Origin: an uncultured archaeon
GTDB lineage: Archaea; Asgardarchaeota; Lokiarchaeia; Sigyniarchaeales; SOKP01
Reading direction: 5' to 3'
DNA: 59,893 nucleotides
NCBI GenBank assembly: GCA_964493715.1
Contig: CAZBPC010000013.1
Span: 1 to 59,893, forward strand
Made by a program: the position numbers and the translations under genes
Notes under the pieces: model-generated
Told to the model about the DNA's origin: nothing
Seen by the model: the letters and a program-made list of their open reading frames with translations, nothing else
The model's database searches: none
Part shown: positions 26,701-37,394 of the stretch, piece after piece
Layout: every line of letters starts with the position of its first letter
Position numbering within the stretch: position 1 is the first letter of the stretch

Positions 26701-28401
26701 ATGACCGAAGAAATAATTAGACGTACCCGTAGCATTTGTCCAGAATGTATGAAAACCATTGACGCCGAAATCTATGTTGATCCAAAGACAGATTTCGTCA
26801 TGATGCGCAAAAATTGTGAAGAACACGGAGAATTCAAGGATAAACTTGCAAGCGCATCTGAGGAGTACAAGTGGGCACAAACTTTTACTGATGAGTTAGG
26901 ATCTACTATTGATAATTCCACAAAACCAGAATTCATAAGTTCTGGAATTAAAAAAACCGTTAATGGATGCCCAAATGATTGTGGTTTGTGTACGAATCAT
27001 AAATCCGCCCCAAATATAGCCCTAATTGATGTCACAAATCGATGTAATTTGACTTGCCCCATCTGTTTCGCGAATGCTAGCGCTAAGGGGTATGTGGTCG
27101 AGCCTACATTCGATCAACTTGTACAAATTATGGAACATTTTAGGTCAATGAAACCCGTTCCTCCTGTTTTGTTACAATTATCTGGAGGGGAACCTACTGT
27201 TAGAGATGATCTTCCAGATATCATTCGAAAAGGAGTAGAGTTAGGTTTTGTTGAGGTAATGGTCACTACTAATGGAGTAAGATTTGCAAAATCACCTGAA
27301 TTTATGAAGAAATGCATGGATGCGGGTATGAAAGCCATTTACCTGCAATTCGACGCTACTGATGATCCAGAAGTATGGAAAAAAGTGAGAGGTGTTAATT
27401 TGTGGCCTCTGAAGAAAAAAGTATTTGAAAATGCTCGAAAAATCGGATACTATGGAATTGTATTAGTACCTGTTATTGCTAAAGGAGTAAATGATCATCA
27501 AATCGCTCCGATAATGGAGTTTGCTAAGCAAAATACTGACTTAGTTACAGGCGTAGTATTTCAACCAGTATCACTATGTGGGCGCATAAGTTTCGAAGAG
27601 TTAATGGATTTACGATACACAACTTCTGATTTGAAAGTAGCTATCAATAAAGCTACAAATAATGCGGTTACAAGATTTTATCCTATAGCAACGACTGCCA
27701 AGATGACGAGATTATTAGCTTGGTTTGATGATGTTCCCGAATTTTCAATGACAAGTCATAAAGATTGTGGATTTGCCACCATCTGTATAGTTAATGACAA
27801 AGATGAGTGGGAACCTCTTGAAAAATATTTTGACGTGGAAGGGTTAGTTAGATGGTCAAATAAAACCTATGATATGGTTCAGAAACAAGAAATACCAAAA
27901 CCAACTGGTTTCTTAAAGAATGTAAATCTTGAAGACTTAGGAGCCGTTCCCAGTACTATTGGTAAATTTATCGATGATATGACAAACTTAGGATATCGCC
28001 AAATGATGAAAGCTTATTATCTAGCCGGTTCAATGCGTTATGTTAAGAATCCAGCAAAGGTACTGACAAGTAAAACATTCCAAGGATTTGCTCGATTAGT
28101 AATGGCTCCAAATCTATCCTCGGCAACGAACTTTTTACACACGCGAAATCTTTTAATAAGTGCTATGCACTTCCAGGATGCATATAATTTTGATCTGGAT
28201 AGAATATGTCAATGTTTAGTCCATTATGGTGTAATTGATCCGAATGACAATACTAAAGTATTAGAAGTACCTTTCTGTGCGATGAATACGATACATCGTG
28301 AGAGAATCGAGCTTGCTAACGCCATTCAAGGCGAAGAAGCTAAGAAAGCAGAAGTCATTCAAGCTGAAATTGAGAACCTTATAAAAACCGTTGAAAAATA
28401 A
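26701..28401 (+). CDS. tes: Tetraether lipid synthase (Tes / GDGT-MAS, MJ0619 family radical SAM)
   Basis: N-terminal SICPEC...CEEHG, CPNDCGLC.NH, DVTNRCNLTCPICFA, SGGEPT, C-terminal MHFQDAYNFD...C.VHY...PFC.MN. Confidence 0.88.
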   Translation: MTEEIIRRTRSICPECMKTIDAEIYVDPKTDFVMMRKNCEEHGEFKDKLASASEEYKWAQTFTDELGSTIDNSTKPEFISSGIKKTVNGCPNDCGLCTNHKSAPNIALIDVTNRCNLTCPICFANASAKGYVVEPTFDQLVQIMEHFRSMKPVPPVLLQLSGGEPTVRDDLPDIIRKGVELGFVEVMVTTNGVRFAKSPEFMKKCMDAGMKAIYLQFDATDDPEVWKKVRGVNLWPLKKKVFENARKIGYYGIVLVPVIAKGVNDHQIAPIMEFAKQNTDLVTGVVFQPVSLCGRISFEELMDLRYTTSDLKVAINKATNNAVTRFYPIATTAKMTRLLAWFDDVPEFSMTSHKDCGFATICIVNDKDEWEPLEKYFDVEGLVRWSNKTYDMVQKQEIPKPTGFLKNVNLEDLGAVPSTIGKFIDDMTNLGYRQMMKAYYLAGSMRYVKNPAKVLTSKTFQGFARLVMAPNLSSATNFLHTRNLLISAMHFQDAYNFDLDRICQCLVHYGVIDPNDNTKVLEVPFCAMNTIHRERIELANAIQGEEAKKAEVIQAEIENLIKTVEK

Positions 28402-28651
28402 GATAATTTTTTAAAAATTTAATCTTCTATTTTTATTCATTTTAGAGCAACTTATCTCTTTTTTATGATAAATGCGATTTACAGAGAAATTATAAATCTC
28501 AGAATATTAGTTTTTTAAAGGTATTTTTATGAAGTTAAAAAATAAATCTTAAAAGCTTTAACATAACTTAAGATATTAAGAATGGAAATTATTATTCAAA
28601 TTTGATTCCACTCAAATCCTATGTAAAAATTACGATTAATTTTTTCGATTT

Positions 28652-29245
28652 ATGACTGATAATTCAGATTTAATTGGAGATTACAAAGGTACAGTAAAAA
28701 ATTGTGTGATAACGGCGTTATTACAAGCTTATTTAGATTCCCTTGATTATGATGGTATGAAGTCTATCTTAAGAGAAGCAGAATTAATAGAGTTAAAAGA
28801 TACGAGAGATGTTAACCCAGATGGTGAGATTGATTTTTTTTCATTTAAAAAGCTAATTGCAGCACAAAATTGTCTTTTATATGAATCTAATCAGTTACTT
28901 TATGAGATTGGAAGAAAATTTTCATTTTATCTATTCCCATATGGCAAGAGTTTTACCGAAATTATTTCTGAAATAAACCAATTAATCAAAACTAATTGGG
29001 ATGTACAAGTTAAAGAAAAGAGCGAAAACCAATACGTGATAAAAATTATAAAATGCGTCTTTTGCTCTGAAATTGGAGTTTCTTGTGATTTATTCAGAGG
29101 TTTCCTAATCCATTCATTAGAAAAGACGCTTTCTTCAGATTATATCATCTTTTCAGAAAAAACTAAGGAAAATGTTTTTGATCCAAATCATAATACCTTT
29201 ACATTAATCTTGAATATTGAAAAAAGAAATAAAAATGTGATTTGA
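28652..29245 (+). CDS. V4R / HNOX-Bet3-like fold protein
   Basis: GMKSILREAEL, LYEIGRKF, IIKCVFC...CDLFRGFL pattern. Confidence 0.6.
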   Translation: MTDNSDLIGDYKGTVKNCVITALLQAYLDSLDYDGMKSILREAELIELKDTRDVNPDGEIDFFSFKKLIAAQNCLLYESNQLLYEIGRKFSFYLFPYGKSFTEIISEINQLIKTNWDVQVKEKSENQYVIKIIKCVFCSEIGVSCDLFRGFLIHSLEKTLSSDYIIFSEKTKENVFDPNHNTFTLILNIEKRNKNVI

Positions 29246-29348
29246 CGAAACATTAATAAAAACAAAAGTCAAAGAAAAATTATGGAGAACTTTTAGTAAA
29301 ATATATGATTTTATTTGATGTGATTTAAAAATCTTAAAGCCTGATTAT

Positions 29349-29885
29349 ATGATGAATGAAGAACGTGAATATGTGTTTAAAATTACGCTTCTCGGTGATG
29401 CTGCTGTTGGTAAGACATCATTGATAAATCAGTTTGTTGAAAATACATTTCAAGAAGATTACAAACCAACTTTAGGTGCAAATATTATCCGTAAAGATGT
29501 AATATTGGAAGAGTTAAACGCTAAAGTGAGATTAATCGTTTGGGATCTTGCTGGACAAGAAAAGTATAATGTAGTAAGAAGTTTGTATTATCAAGGATGC
29601 GTTGGTGCTTTATTGGTTTATGATGTCACTCGGATTGTCACTTTTGAGAGTATTGTGTCGAAATGGCTTAATGATTTTAAAAAATATGTTAAAAGAGAAG
29701 GAGTATACTTGTTACTTGGCAATAAAAGTGATTTGAATGAACAGAGGGTGGTCCAAACCAGCGATGGAACTAAATTGGCCGAAAAAATTAACGCTAGTAA
29801 ATTCATTGAAACAAGTGCGAAATTCGGTGAAAATGTAAATAATGCCTTTAAAACACTTGTATATCAGATTCTTGAAAATCAATGA
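29349..29885 (+). CDS. Rab/Ras-like small GTPase
   Basis: GDAAVGKT, PTLG, WDLAGQE, NKSD, ETSAK; no C-terminal Cys motif. Confidence 0.95.
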   Translation: MMNEEREYVFKITLLGDAAVGKTSLINQFVENTFQEDYKPTLGANIIRKDVILEELNAKVRLIVWDLAGQEKYNVVRSLYYQGCVGALLVYDVTRIVTFESIVSKWLNDFKKYVKREGVYLLLGNKSDLNEQRVVQTSDGTKLAEKINASKFIETSAKFGENVNNAFKTLVYQILENQ

Positions 29886-29997
29886 GCTAGTTATGTTGAA
29901 AGTGCATATCTTTATCAAATGGAACATATCAGTTTCATTTTCTCTATATTTATAAAATATTATAACCTTTAACTATCATTAAAAGGGTGCTTCTCAT

Positions 29998-31149
29998 ATG
30001 AAAGAATTATCTATAAATGTAGCAAAGGCTCCACGATCTAAAATTCGGGAACTAATGGATCTTGCTGCAGGAAAAAAAGATATTATTAGTCTAGGAATTG
30101 GCCAACCGGATTTTTCAACCCCAGATCCAGCAATAGAAGGAAATATCAATGCCTTGCGTAAAAAGATCACTTATTATGCACCTACTAGGGGAATACCAGA
30201 ACTTTTACAACAGATTGAAATAAAATTAAAAAGTTTTAATAACATTCAGACCAACTGGAATGAAAATATTATCCTAAGCAATGGAGGATCTCAAGCATTA
30301 ACATTAACTTATGCAACTTTATTCAATCCGGGTGATGAACTTATTTTATCATCTCCCAATTTCATATCCTATTATTATTGTTCTTTATTTTTTGGAGTCA
30401 AGGTTATTGAAATTAAGAGAAATGATGACTTTAGCACAAATATCGAAAATATGGAGAAAGCAATAACTGAAAAAACAAAAGCAATTCTAATCAATTCTCC
30501 TAACAATCCAACTGGACATGTAATGAATTCTGAAGAATTAAACAAAATCATTGAATTAGTTAAAAAGTATGATTTATATCTCATATCAGATGAAGTATAT
30601 GAGAATTACTTATATGATGGGTACAAACATGCAAGCCCTGCTTCTTTTGATGGAATGCTTGATAGAACAGTAACAATAAATGCAATGTCTAAATTATATT
30701 CTGCAACTGGTTTTAGATTGGGATACGTGGTCGCTAAAAAAGAAATAATAGATTTAATGGAAAAATATCATCAATACACTGCTGCCGGAACAAACCATGC
30801 TGCTCAATATGGATTTTTAGAAGCTTTAAAAATGGATCAACACTTTTTTGATAAAATTTTAAAAAATTTTGATAAACGCAGATTATTTGTATATAAACGC
30901 CTAAAGGAATTAAATTTTGATGTTGTTCAACCTAAAGGTGCATTTTACATAATGCCTTCGGTTTCAAAGTTCAAGATTAACGGCTCTGAATTTGCAGAAA
31001 GGGTCATAAGAGAAAAAGGGGTGGCTATCGTGCCGGGAAATATCTTTGGATCTTATTCTGAGGACAAAATAAGAATATCCTATGCAACAGAGTTCAATCT
31101 ATTAGTTGAAGCCTTTGAAAGGATTGAAAAATTCGTATTAGGGTTATGA
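29998..31149 (+). CDS. Class I/II PLP aminotransferase (aspartate aminotransferase-like)
   Basis: LGIGQPDF, NSPNNPTG, SDEVY, SKLYSATGFRLG. Confidence 0.93.
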   Translation: MKELSINVAKAPRSKIRELMDLAAGKKDIISLGIGQPDFSTPDPAIEGNINALRKKITYYAPTRGIPELLQQIEIKLKSFNNIQTNWNENIILSNGGSQALTLTYATLFNPGDELILSSPNFISYYYCSLFFGVKVIEIKRNDDFSTNIENMEKAITEKTKAILINSPNNPTGHVMNSEELNKIIELVKKYDLYLISDEVYENYLYDGYKHASPASFDGMLDRTVTINAMSKLYSATGFRLGYVVAKKEIIDLMEKYHQYTAAGTNHAAQYGFLEALKMDQHFFDKILKNFDKRRLFVYKRLKELNFDVVQPKGAFYIMPSVSKFKINGSEFAERVIREKGVAIVPGNIFGSYSEDKIRISYATEFNLLVEAFERIEKFVLGL

Positions 31150-31158
31150 AATATTAAT

Positions 31159-32307
31159 TTACACATCTTTTAAAAAAGTAGTAATGAGGGATTGTGTTAA
31201 AAAATTAGTAGCATTGTACACATCTTTAACTTTCACGCGTTCATCACGAGCATGGATCAATTTTGGGTCTCCAGGACCAAAAATAATGAATGGAATAGAA
31301 ATTTTAGGATCGATAAGATTTGCTGCGTCAGTTGCATACGGTAATCCTATAAGTTCCGAATTTACGATTTGTAATAGATTTTTAATTAAAGGATGATTTA
31401 CATCCGTTTGGAGCGCGGGTAAATTTTTAAGCCGTTCAAGTTCAAGAACACAAGTTTCTAACTTGATTTGTTTCAATTTTTGAATAACCATTTCGGGATC
31501 CTCTTCTGGTACTAACCTATAATCTAATTCTAACTCTGCTATTTCTGGTACTACATTTATTACACTACCCCCTTGAATTTTCCCTATATTCACGGTTGAT
31601 TTGCCTAACATCATATTTTCCATAGGAACGATAGATCGATGTATTTCTGGGAGAATTTTTAATGCACATTCTATCGCGTTAACTCCCTCGTGTGGCATAG
31701 AACCATGTGCGGGTTTTCCCTTAAGTTTTAAAGCAATCCATAAAAGTCCCTTTTCAGCAACTCCAATCTTCATATTTGTAGGTTCTGCTACGATCAAAAA
31801 GGAACAATTTCTAGTTATTCCTCTATTTTTTAATTCCAATGAACCAGTCATACCATCTTCTTCATCTGCAGTACCAGCAAATATGAAAGTATGTTTTTTT
31901 AAAAGATCAGGAATTTGTGAAATGTTCCTCATGGTGTATAACAAGCTAACCAAACCTCCTTTCATATCTGCTGAACCACGTCCGTAGAGGTATCCATCTT
32001 TAACTTCCGCTGAAAAAGGTGGTAATATCCAATTAGAATGAATACCTGAAGGAATAACATCGAAATGTCCCAAAAGAATGATTTTATTATCACCATCTCC
32101 AATTTTACTCACTAGATTGTGAAGCTTTACTCCATTCTTAACGTGTGTAATGACTTCATTTCTAAAACCATTTTGTTCAGTTAGAATTTTTGATGTTATG
32201 AAGTTAACAATATCTTCTGTCAGCCCAGGAGGATTTTCTGAAGGAATTTGTACCAATTTCCTTAAAGCATCGATAATTTCTTCTTCATCCATCTTAGGGA
32301 TCTTCAA
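31159..32307 (-). CDS. M20 family metallohydrolase (DapE/ArgE-like)
   Basis: GHFDVIP, GRGSADMKGG, DEE, AEPT, AHGS, H.RDE. Confidence 0.92.
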   Translation of the reverse strand: MKIPKMDEEEIIDALRKLVQIPSENPPGLTEDIVNFITSKILTEQNGFRNEVITHVKNGVKLHNLVSKIGDGDNKIILLGHFDVIPSGIHSNWILPPFSAEVKDGYLYGRGSADMKGGLVSLLYTMRNISQIPDLLKKHTFIFAGTADEEDGMTGSLELKNRGITRNCSFLIVAEPTNMKIGVAEKGLLWIALKLKGKPAHGSMPHEGVNAIECALKILPEIHRSIVPMENMMLGKSTVNIGKIQGGSVINVVPEIAELELDYRLVPEEDPEMVIQKLKQIKLETCVLELERLKNLPALQTDVNHPLIKNLLQIVNSELIGLPYATDAANLIDPKISIPFIIFGPGDPKLIHARDERVKVKDVYNATNFLTQSLITTFLKDV

Positions 32308-32392
32308 CTTTCGGTTCTCCTCATTGATTCTAAAATAAAATTCATCAAAAAAACAATAAAAAAAAATATAAAAAAATTATATTAAGTTAATC

Positions 32393-32950
32393 TTAAAAAA
32401 CTCCCCTATGGCCCTTATTCTCTTCTTTTTCGTGATGGAGCATTAAAACTATGCCTAAAATTAGCATGGCAGAATCATCATCTATATCAGGATTCATTTG
32501 TACTCCATAATGACCTCTCAATAGACTTTTCCATAATTTTTTGCTAATTTCTGCGACTTCCTTGCCGTCTTTTATGATTTTGAATTTCAGAGTAAAGATA
32601 TTACCTTTCATCTCGAATACTTTATTTTCATTGGGATCCTCGAACCAGTAGGCTGGCTTGATTGAAACAAGTTTTCTTTTCAGTATCCCTAAATATTGAT
32701 TTTCGTCCTTTTCTCCGCCTTTATAAAACCGATAGGAAGAACGCAAGGAGATAATTTTTTCGGCTACTGTTAAAACCGGAGTCTCACTTAAATCCCTAAT
32801 TCTATAGGTGTTTCCAATTTTAATCAGTTTACCTCGGAAAGTCCCAATGAGTTCATTAGTTTTACCGTTAAAAATTTCTCCTTTATCCGTTAAAGAGATC
32901 ATTTTTTCTTTAAGCATAAATTCTCTACATTTCAATAATTGTTCAGACAT
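32393..32950 (-). CDS. LURP-one-related / Tubby-C2 / scramblase-like protein
   Basis: LKEKMISL, GNIFTLKFKI..GKEVAEISKK, and a C-terminal buried hydrophobic helix. Confidence 0.75.
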   Translation of the reverse strand: MSEQLLKCREFMLKEKMISLTDKGEIFNGKTNELIGTFRGKLIKIGNTYRIRDLSETPVLTVAEKIISLRSSYRFYKGGEKDENQYLGILKRKLVSIKPAYWFEDPNENKVFEMKGNIFTLKFKIIKDGKEVAEISKKLWKSLLRGHYGVQMNPDIDDDSAMLILGIVLMLHHEKEENKGHRGVF

Positions 32951-33161
32951 TGATTTTCACTATTTCTCAATAATTTGTTTTAATCCCCGTTATTAATTGG
33001 AGACTACTAAAGTATTTATCGAGTTTGTCTTTAAAAATTTATTTACAATTTAAAAATAGTATATAAAAATTGGACTTCACATGATATATAAGTGATTTAC
33101 AACATGATTAAATTAGAATAAATTCAAATATTAATCTCATCACAAACCATAATAGATAATT

Positions 33162-33632
33162 ATGTCATTAGTGTTTACAACGGATGGATATTTTTGTGAA
33201 GGTCATATTGTTCAGAAGAAATGGCAATATCAAATGGAATTAGGAAAAGTGTTATTAAGCGAAGAAAATCTTTCTTTACTGAAGAGATCAAATATCTCTC
33301 TTACTGGAATTGGTGCTTCAGTTGATGATTATAAGGATGGATTCAAAATACCTTTAACAAACATAAAAAAAGTATATCCATTAAAATTTCAGAATATATA
33401 CTTGATTGTCGTTGAAACAAGGGACAACCTCATATTTTCCATTAGTATGGCTACCAACAAGAATAATGGAAGAGAAAGTGCATATTATTTAAGCGAATTG
33501 ATAAATTCAACGATCCTCAAATCAGTCAATCTACAAAATGTTATTCCAAAAGAAAATATATGTAATTATTGTAAAGAAAAAATGGATCCTTCCGCAAATT
33601 TCTGTCGTCACTGCGGTAAAGAAAGAATTTAA
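33162..33632 (+). CDS. Zinc-ribbon domain protein with possible PH-like N-terminal domain
   Basis: C-terminal CNYC...ANFCRHCG; FKIPLTNIKKV...IVVETRD...helix resembles a PH-like fold. Confidence 0.65.
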   Translation: MSLVFTTDGYFCEGHIVQKKWQYQMELGKVLLSEENLSLLKRSNISLTGIGASVDDYKDGFKIPLTNIKKVYPLKFQNIYLIVVETRDNLIFSISMATNKNNGRESAYYLSELINSTILKSVNLQNVIPKENICNYCKEKMDPSANFCRHCGKERI

Positions 33633-33633
33633 C

Positions 33634-33643
33634 TTTTTTTTTT
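33634..33643 (+). terminator. Oligo-T archaeal-type terminator
   Basis: T10 tract directly after the stop codon, between convergent genes. Confidence 0.4.
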
Positions 33644-33660
33644 AAATTATTTTGAAAATT

Positions 33661-34869
33661 TTATACATAATCCACTTCAAATGGGGTTTTGGGTAAAACA
33701 TCTGCACCTTTACTTGTAATTAATGTTGGAGATTCCAACCTTAAACCACCAAGTCCAGGCTGATTGAACACAACAGCAGCAATTTCGACCATATTTTCTT
33801 CAAAGACCATATGTCCCCAATCTTTGCCAGGTACGACTACTGGCCACGATTCATTCCCTATGATACCAATTCCATGTCCTAGACCAAAAAATAAGTCATT
33901 AGCATAACCTTCTTTATCAGCTACCTTTCTAACTGCATGATAGCATTCATCAAATGTTGTACCAGGAGTCATATTATCGATAAGAGTATAGCAAAGTTGT
34001 TCATACACATCATTATAGGCTTTTAATTCAGGAGAACATTTACCAAGTACATAATTATGGCTTAAATCACCAAGATAACATCCTGTTTCACTATGAAGAT
34101 CAACTAACAATGATTCTCCTTCAAGTACTTTCTTATTTGTTGCTGGAGTGCAACCATTAAATGTGTAACTGGCTCTATAACCAGATCCAATTTCTTGGTT
34201 ACCTGTAAAAGTCCACTCATAATTACTCCCTGCTTCACGCATCGCTTTAGTTCCTATTCCCGCAATTTCATTTTCTGTAAATATCTTCTCTATTGGACGT
34301 TCAGATAATGCTTTTTTTACGGCTTTTTGACCTATATCTGTTATTCTGCTCGCCTCCCTTAACATTGCGATTTCTTCTGGCTCTTTTATGAATTGAATAC
34401 GTTCTGTCTTATCATTAAAATCAACTAATTCGCATCCTGGAAATAAATTCTTCAAATTTTCTGCTTCTGTATAAGATAACATTTGTCCAGTAATACAGAT
34501 ATCCACTCCTAATTCCACTCCGATTCTTGGGGGTTTTCCTTTTGGATCAAAAGCTCCGCTTTTTTTTGCTGCACTTTGAATCTTTTTTTCCCAGTAGAAA
34601 CCTTTCATTGGACCCCAACCACTTATTTTATTCAAGGATGATTCCGCTTTAACACGCTCTACATCTAAAAGTACTGTAAATAACTCTGGTTCTCCTAATT
34701 CTTCCTTAGGTAAGAATATATAACTTTTCCAAGGTACAAAGCAACCTGAAAGATATGTGATAGATTTGACTCGAGTTAGCAAACAGAAATCTAAATTTAA
34801 ATCTTCCATTGCCGCTTGATATTTTTTAACATGTCCTTCCCAATCTATTTTAATTTCACTCATTTTCAT
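33661..34869 (-). CDS. M24 (Xaa-Pro peptidase/creatinase) family protein with an altered active site
   Basis: Creatinase-N domain, IKEPEEI, VD...GDLS, GLGHGIG, GLRLES. Confidence 0.85.
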   Translation of the reverse strand: MKMSEIKIDWEGHVKKYQAAMEDLNLDFCLLTRVKSITYLSGCFVPWKSYIFLPKEELGEPELFTVLLDVERVKAESSLNKISGWGPMKGFYWEKKIQSAAKKSGAFDPKGKPPRIGVELGVDICITGQMLSYTEAENLKNLFPGCELVDFNDKTERIQFIKEPEEIAMLREASRITDIGQKAVKKALSERPIEKIFTENEIAGIGTKAMREAGSNYEWTFTGNQEIGSGYRASYTFNGCTPATNKKVLEGESLLVDLHSETGCYLGDLSHNYVLGKCSPELKAYNDVYEQLCYTLIDNMTPGTTFDECYHAVRKVADKEGYANDLFFGLGHGIGIIGNESWPVVVPGKDWGHMVFEENMVEIAAVVFNQPGLGGLRLESPTLITSKGADVLPKTPFEVDYV

Positions 34870-34964
34870 TCAAACATTTCAGTTTATATTATTATAATAT
34901 ATTATTGAATCTTTAAAAAATAGCATAGAGAAAAATATTTGCACATCAAGTGAATAAAAAGAGA

Positions 34965-37250
34965 TTATTTATAAAAATCCCCAGAGCTTTCGTCAAGATT
35001 CCGAGATTCGGTTATGATTTTTGCCATTTCTTCATAACGCTGAACAACACTTTGAGTTAAAGTTGACTTTATTCTATTTAAAGAAAGTTCAAAGTGTCGA
35101 TATTCTATTTTATCAAGATCATACATTGCTTCTCGAATTGCTTCCATTCCTGCTTCACGACATAAGTTTTCTAGATCAGCACCACTATATCCATCTGTAA
35201 CTTGGGCAAGATGTTTCAATGAAACATTGTCTGCTAATGGCATATCCTTTGTATGCACTTTTAATATCTCTTCTCTTGATATTAGATCAGGAGCCGTGAC
35301 GTAGAGTAATCTGTCTAATCGACCTGGTCGTAATAATGCTGAATCGACCATATCTGGACGATTTGTGCTTGCTATTACAACAACACCCTTTCGATTTTCA
35401 ATCCCATCCATTTCAACTAGAATTTGATTCACAATAGAATCTCTGAGGGCTGTACCTTCACTAACTCCTCTGACTGAACTAATGGCATCAAGTTCATCAA
35501 AATAAATTATTGAAGGTGCTGCTTGACGGGCTTTTCTAAAAATATTTCTTACAAATTTTTCACTTTCTCCAACAAATTTAGAAAATACTTCAGGACCTTT
35601 AACTGTAATAAAATTACTATTGGTTTCAGAAGCAATTGCTTTTGCTAAAAGAGTTTTTCCACAACCTGGAGGACCAAATAATAAAATTCCATTTAAAGGA
35701 CGAATACCAGCTTTTTCGAATAATTCCTTATGAAGTAAAGGCCATTCAACGGCTTCTTTTAATTCTTGTTTAATTTCATCCAAACCACCAACATCATCCC
35801 ATTTAATATTTGGAATTTCGATCATTACTTCTCTCATTGCCGAAGGTTCAATTAAATTAATAGCTTGCGTAAAATCATCATCACTTATGTTTAATTCTTG
35901 AATGATATCGGATGGGATGGGCTCATCTAAATTAATCTTGGGTAAAATTCGTCGCAATGCAAACATTGCTGCTTCTCTACTTACAGCCATTAAATCAGCT
36001 CCTGCAAATCCATGCGTTATTTCGGCATAATGATCTAAACTCACATTATCCTCTAAAGGCATCCCTCTCGTATGAATCTGCAAAATTTCTTTCCTTTCTT
36101 TTGCATTGGGCACACCAAATTCGATTTCTCTGTCAAATCTACCGGGGCGTCTTAGAGCTTCATCAATAGCATTAATTCTATTAGTAGCACCGATACAGAT
36201 GATCTCACCCCTTCCTTGTAGTCCATCCATCAATGAAAGTAATTGTGAAACTACGCGTCTTTCCACCTCTCCAGAAGTATCAACTCTTTTAGGTGCTATA
36301 GAATCAATCTCATCAATAAAAATAATTGATGGGGCACGATTTTCGGCTTCTTCAAAGATCTTTCTTAGTCTTCCTTCACTCGCACCATAAAACTTACTCA
36401 TAATCTCTGGTCCATTAATGGTAATAAAATGAGCATTCGATTCTTGAGATACAGCTTTAGCCATTAAGGTTTTCCCCGTTCCTGATGGTCCATAAAACAA
36501 AACACCTTTTGGGGGATCAATATTTAAACGATGAAATAATTCTGGATGTTTTAGTGGTAATTCCACTATTTCTCTAATTCTTTGAATCTCATCACTTAAT
36601 CCTCCTATATCATCATAAGTAACAACACCACCAGAAACATTCAAAACAGCTACTCTCTTGTTAACTTTTATTAGTGTGTCACGTGTTATTTTTACTACTT
36701 TATCTGAAGGAGTGCTATCTTCGACAATAAGTCTTAATGTGCCTAATATAGGTTTCTTTTTCTGATTTCGAAGCATGGGCATCATTTTCATAAATTCGTT
36801 CATAGCATTATCATTATCATTTGTTTGATATACTTCTCCTAAAACCTCTATGATATCACCGATTACAACGGGTTTATCAATTAATTTTGCTTTGATCGCT
36901 TCTCCTTGTTTTTTCAGATCTAAATTTGCTTTTGTAGGAGTCAAGATGATTTCTTCAGCAGCATATACCTTTGCTAATTTGATTGAAACATATTCCCCAA
37001 TCGTTGCTCCAGCATTAAGTCGTTGGAGTCCATCTAATCTAATGATGGATTTACCTTTATCAACAACACTTGAAACGACAATTCCAGTTGTTTTTTTTTT
37101 TCCACTAATTTCAATTATATTTCCAGTTGTTAAACCTAACATGTCAATTACATCAGGGTCAATATAACATAAAGAGCGTCCGCTCCGACTTTTTTCAAGT
37201 TCCTCTATTCTGACTTTGATATCCTCTTGATTTGTTGATTTTGGAGACAT
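34965..37250 (-). CDS. cdc48: Cdc48/VCP AAA+ ATPase
   Basis: N domain plus two AAA modules ([16 protein letters not shown]; [13 protein letters not shown]); C-terminal FYK. Confidence 0.97.
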   Translation of the reverse strand: MSPKSTNQEDIKVRIEELEKSRSGRSLCYIDPDVIDMLGLTTGNIIEISGKKKTTGIVVSSVVDKGKSIIRLDGLQRLNAGATIGEYVSIKLAKVYAAEEIILTPTKANLDLKKQGEAIKAKLIDKPVVIGDIIEVLGEVYQTNDNDNAMNEFMKMMPMLRNQKKKPILGTLRLIVEDSTPSDKVVKITRDTLIKVNKRVAVLNVSGGVVTYDDIGGLSDEIQRIREIVELPLKHPELFHRLNIDPPKGVLFYGPSGTGKTLMAKAVSQESNAHFITINGPEIMSKFYGASEGRLRKIFEEAENRAPSIIFIDEIDSIAPKRVDTSGEVERRVVSQLLSLMDGLQGRGEIICIGATNRINAIDEALRRPGRFDREIEFGVPNAKERKEILQIHTRGMPLEDNVSLDHYAEITHGFAGADLMAVSREAAMFALRRILPKINLDEPIPSDIIQELNISDDDFTQAINLIEPSAMREVMIEIPNIKWDDVGGLDEIKQELKEAVEWPLLHKELFEKAGIRPLNGILLFGPPGCGKTLLAKAIASETNSNFITVKGPEVFSKFVGESEKFVRNIFRKARQAAPSIIYFDELDAISSVRGVSEGTALRDSIVNQILVEMDGIENRKGVVVIASTNRPDMVDSALLRPGRLDRLLYVTAPDLISREEILKVHTKDMPLADNVSLKHLAQVTDGYSGADLENLCREAGMEAIREAMYDLDKIEYRHFELSLNRIKSTLTQSVVQRYEEMAKIITESRNLDESSGDFYK

Positions 37251-37394
37251 AATAATTCTTATTAATTTTTGTTTTTTAATAATGAATTTGGTTATTATTT
37301 ATTTAAAAAGATAGAAACAAATTCAAATTTATAAAATGATTGTTTCCTTATTTTCTTTACTCTTAATTTTAATATGTTTTGATATTATAATCAT

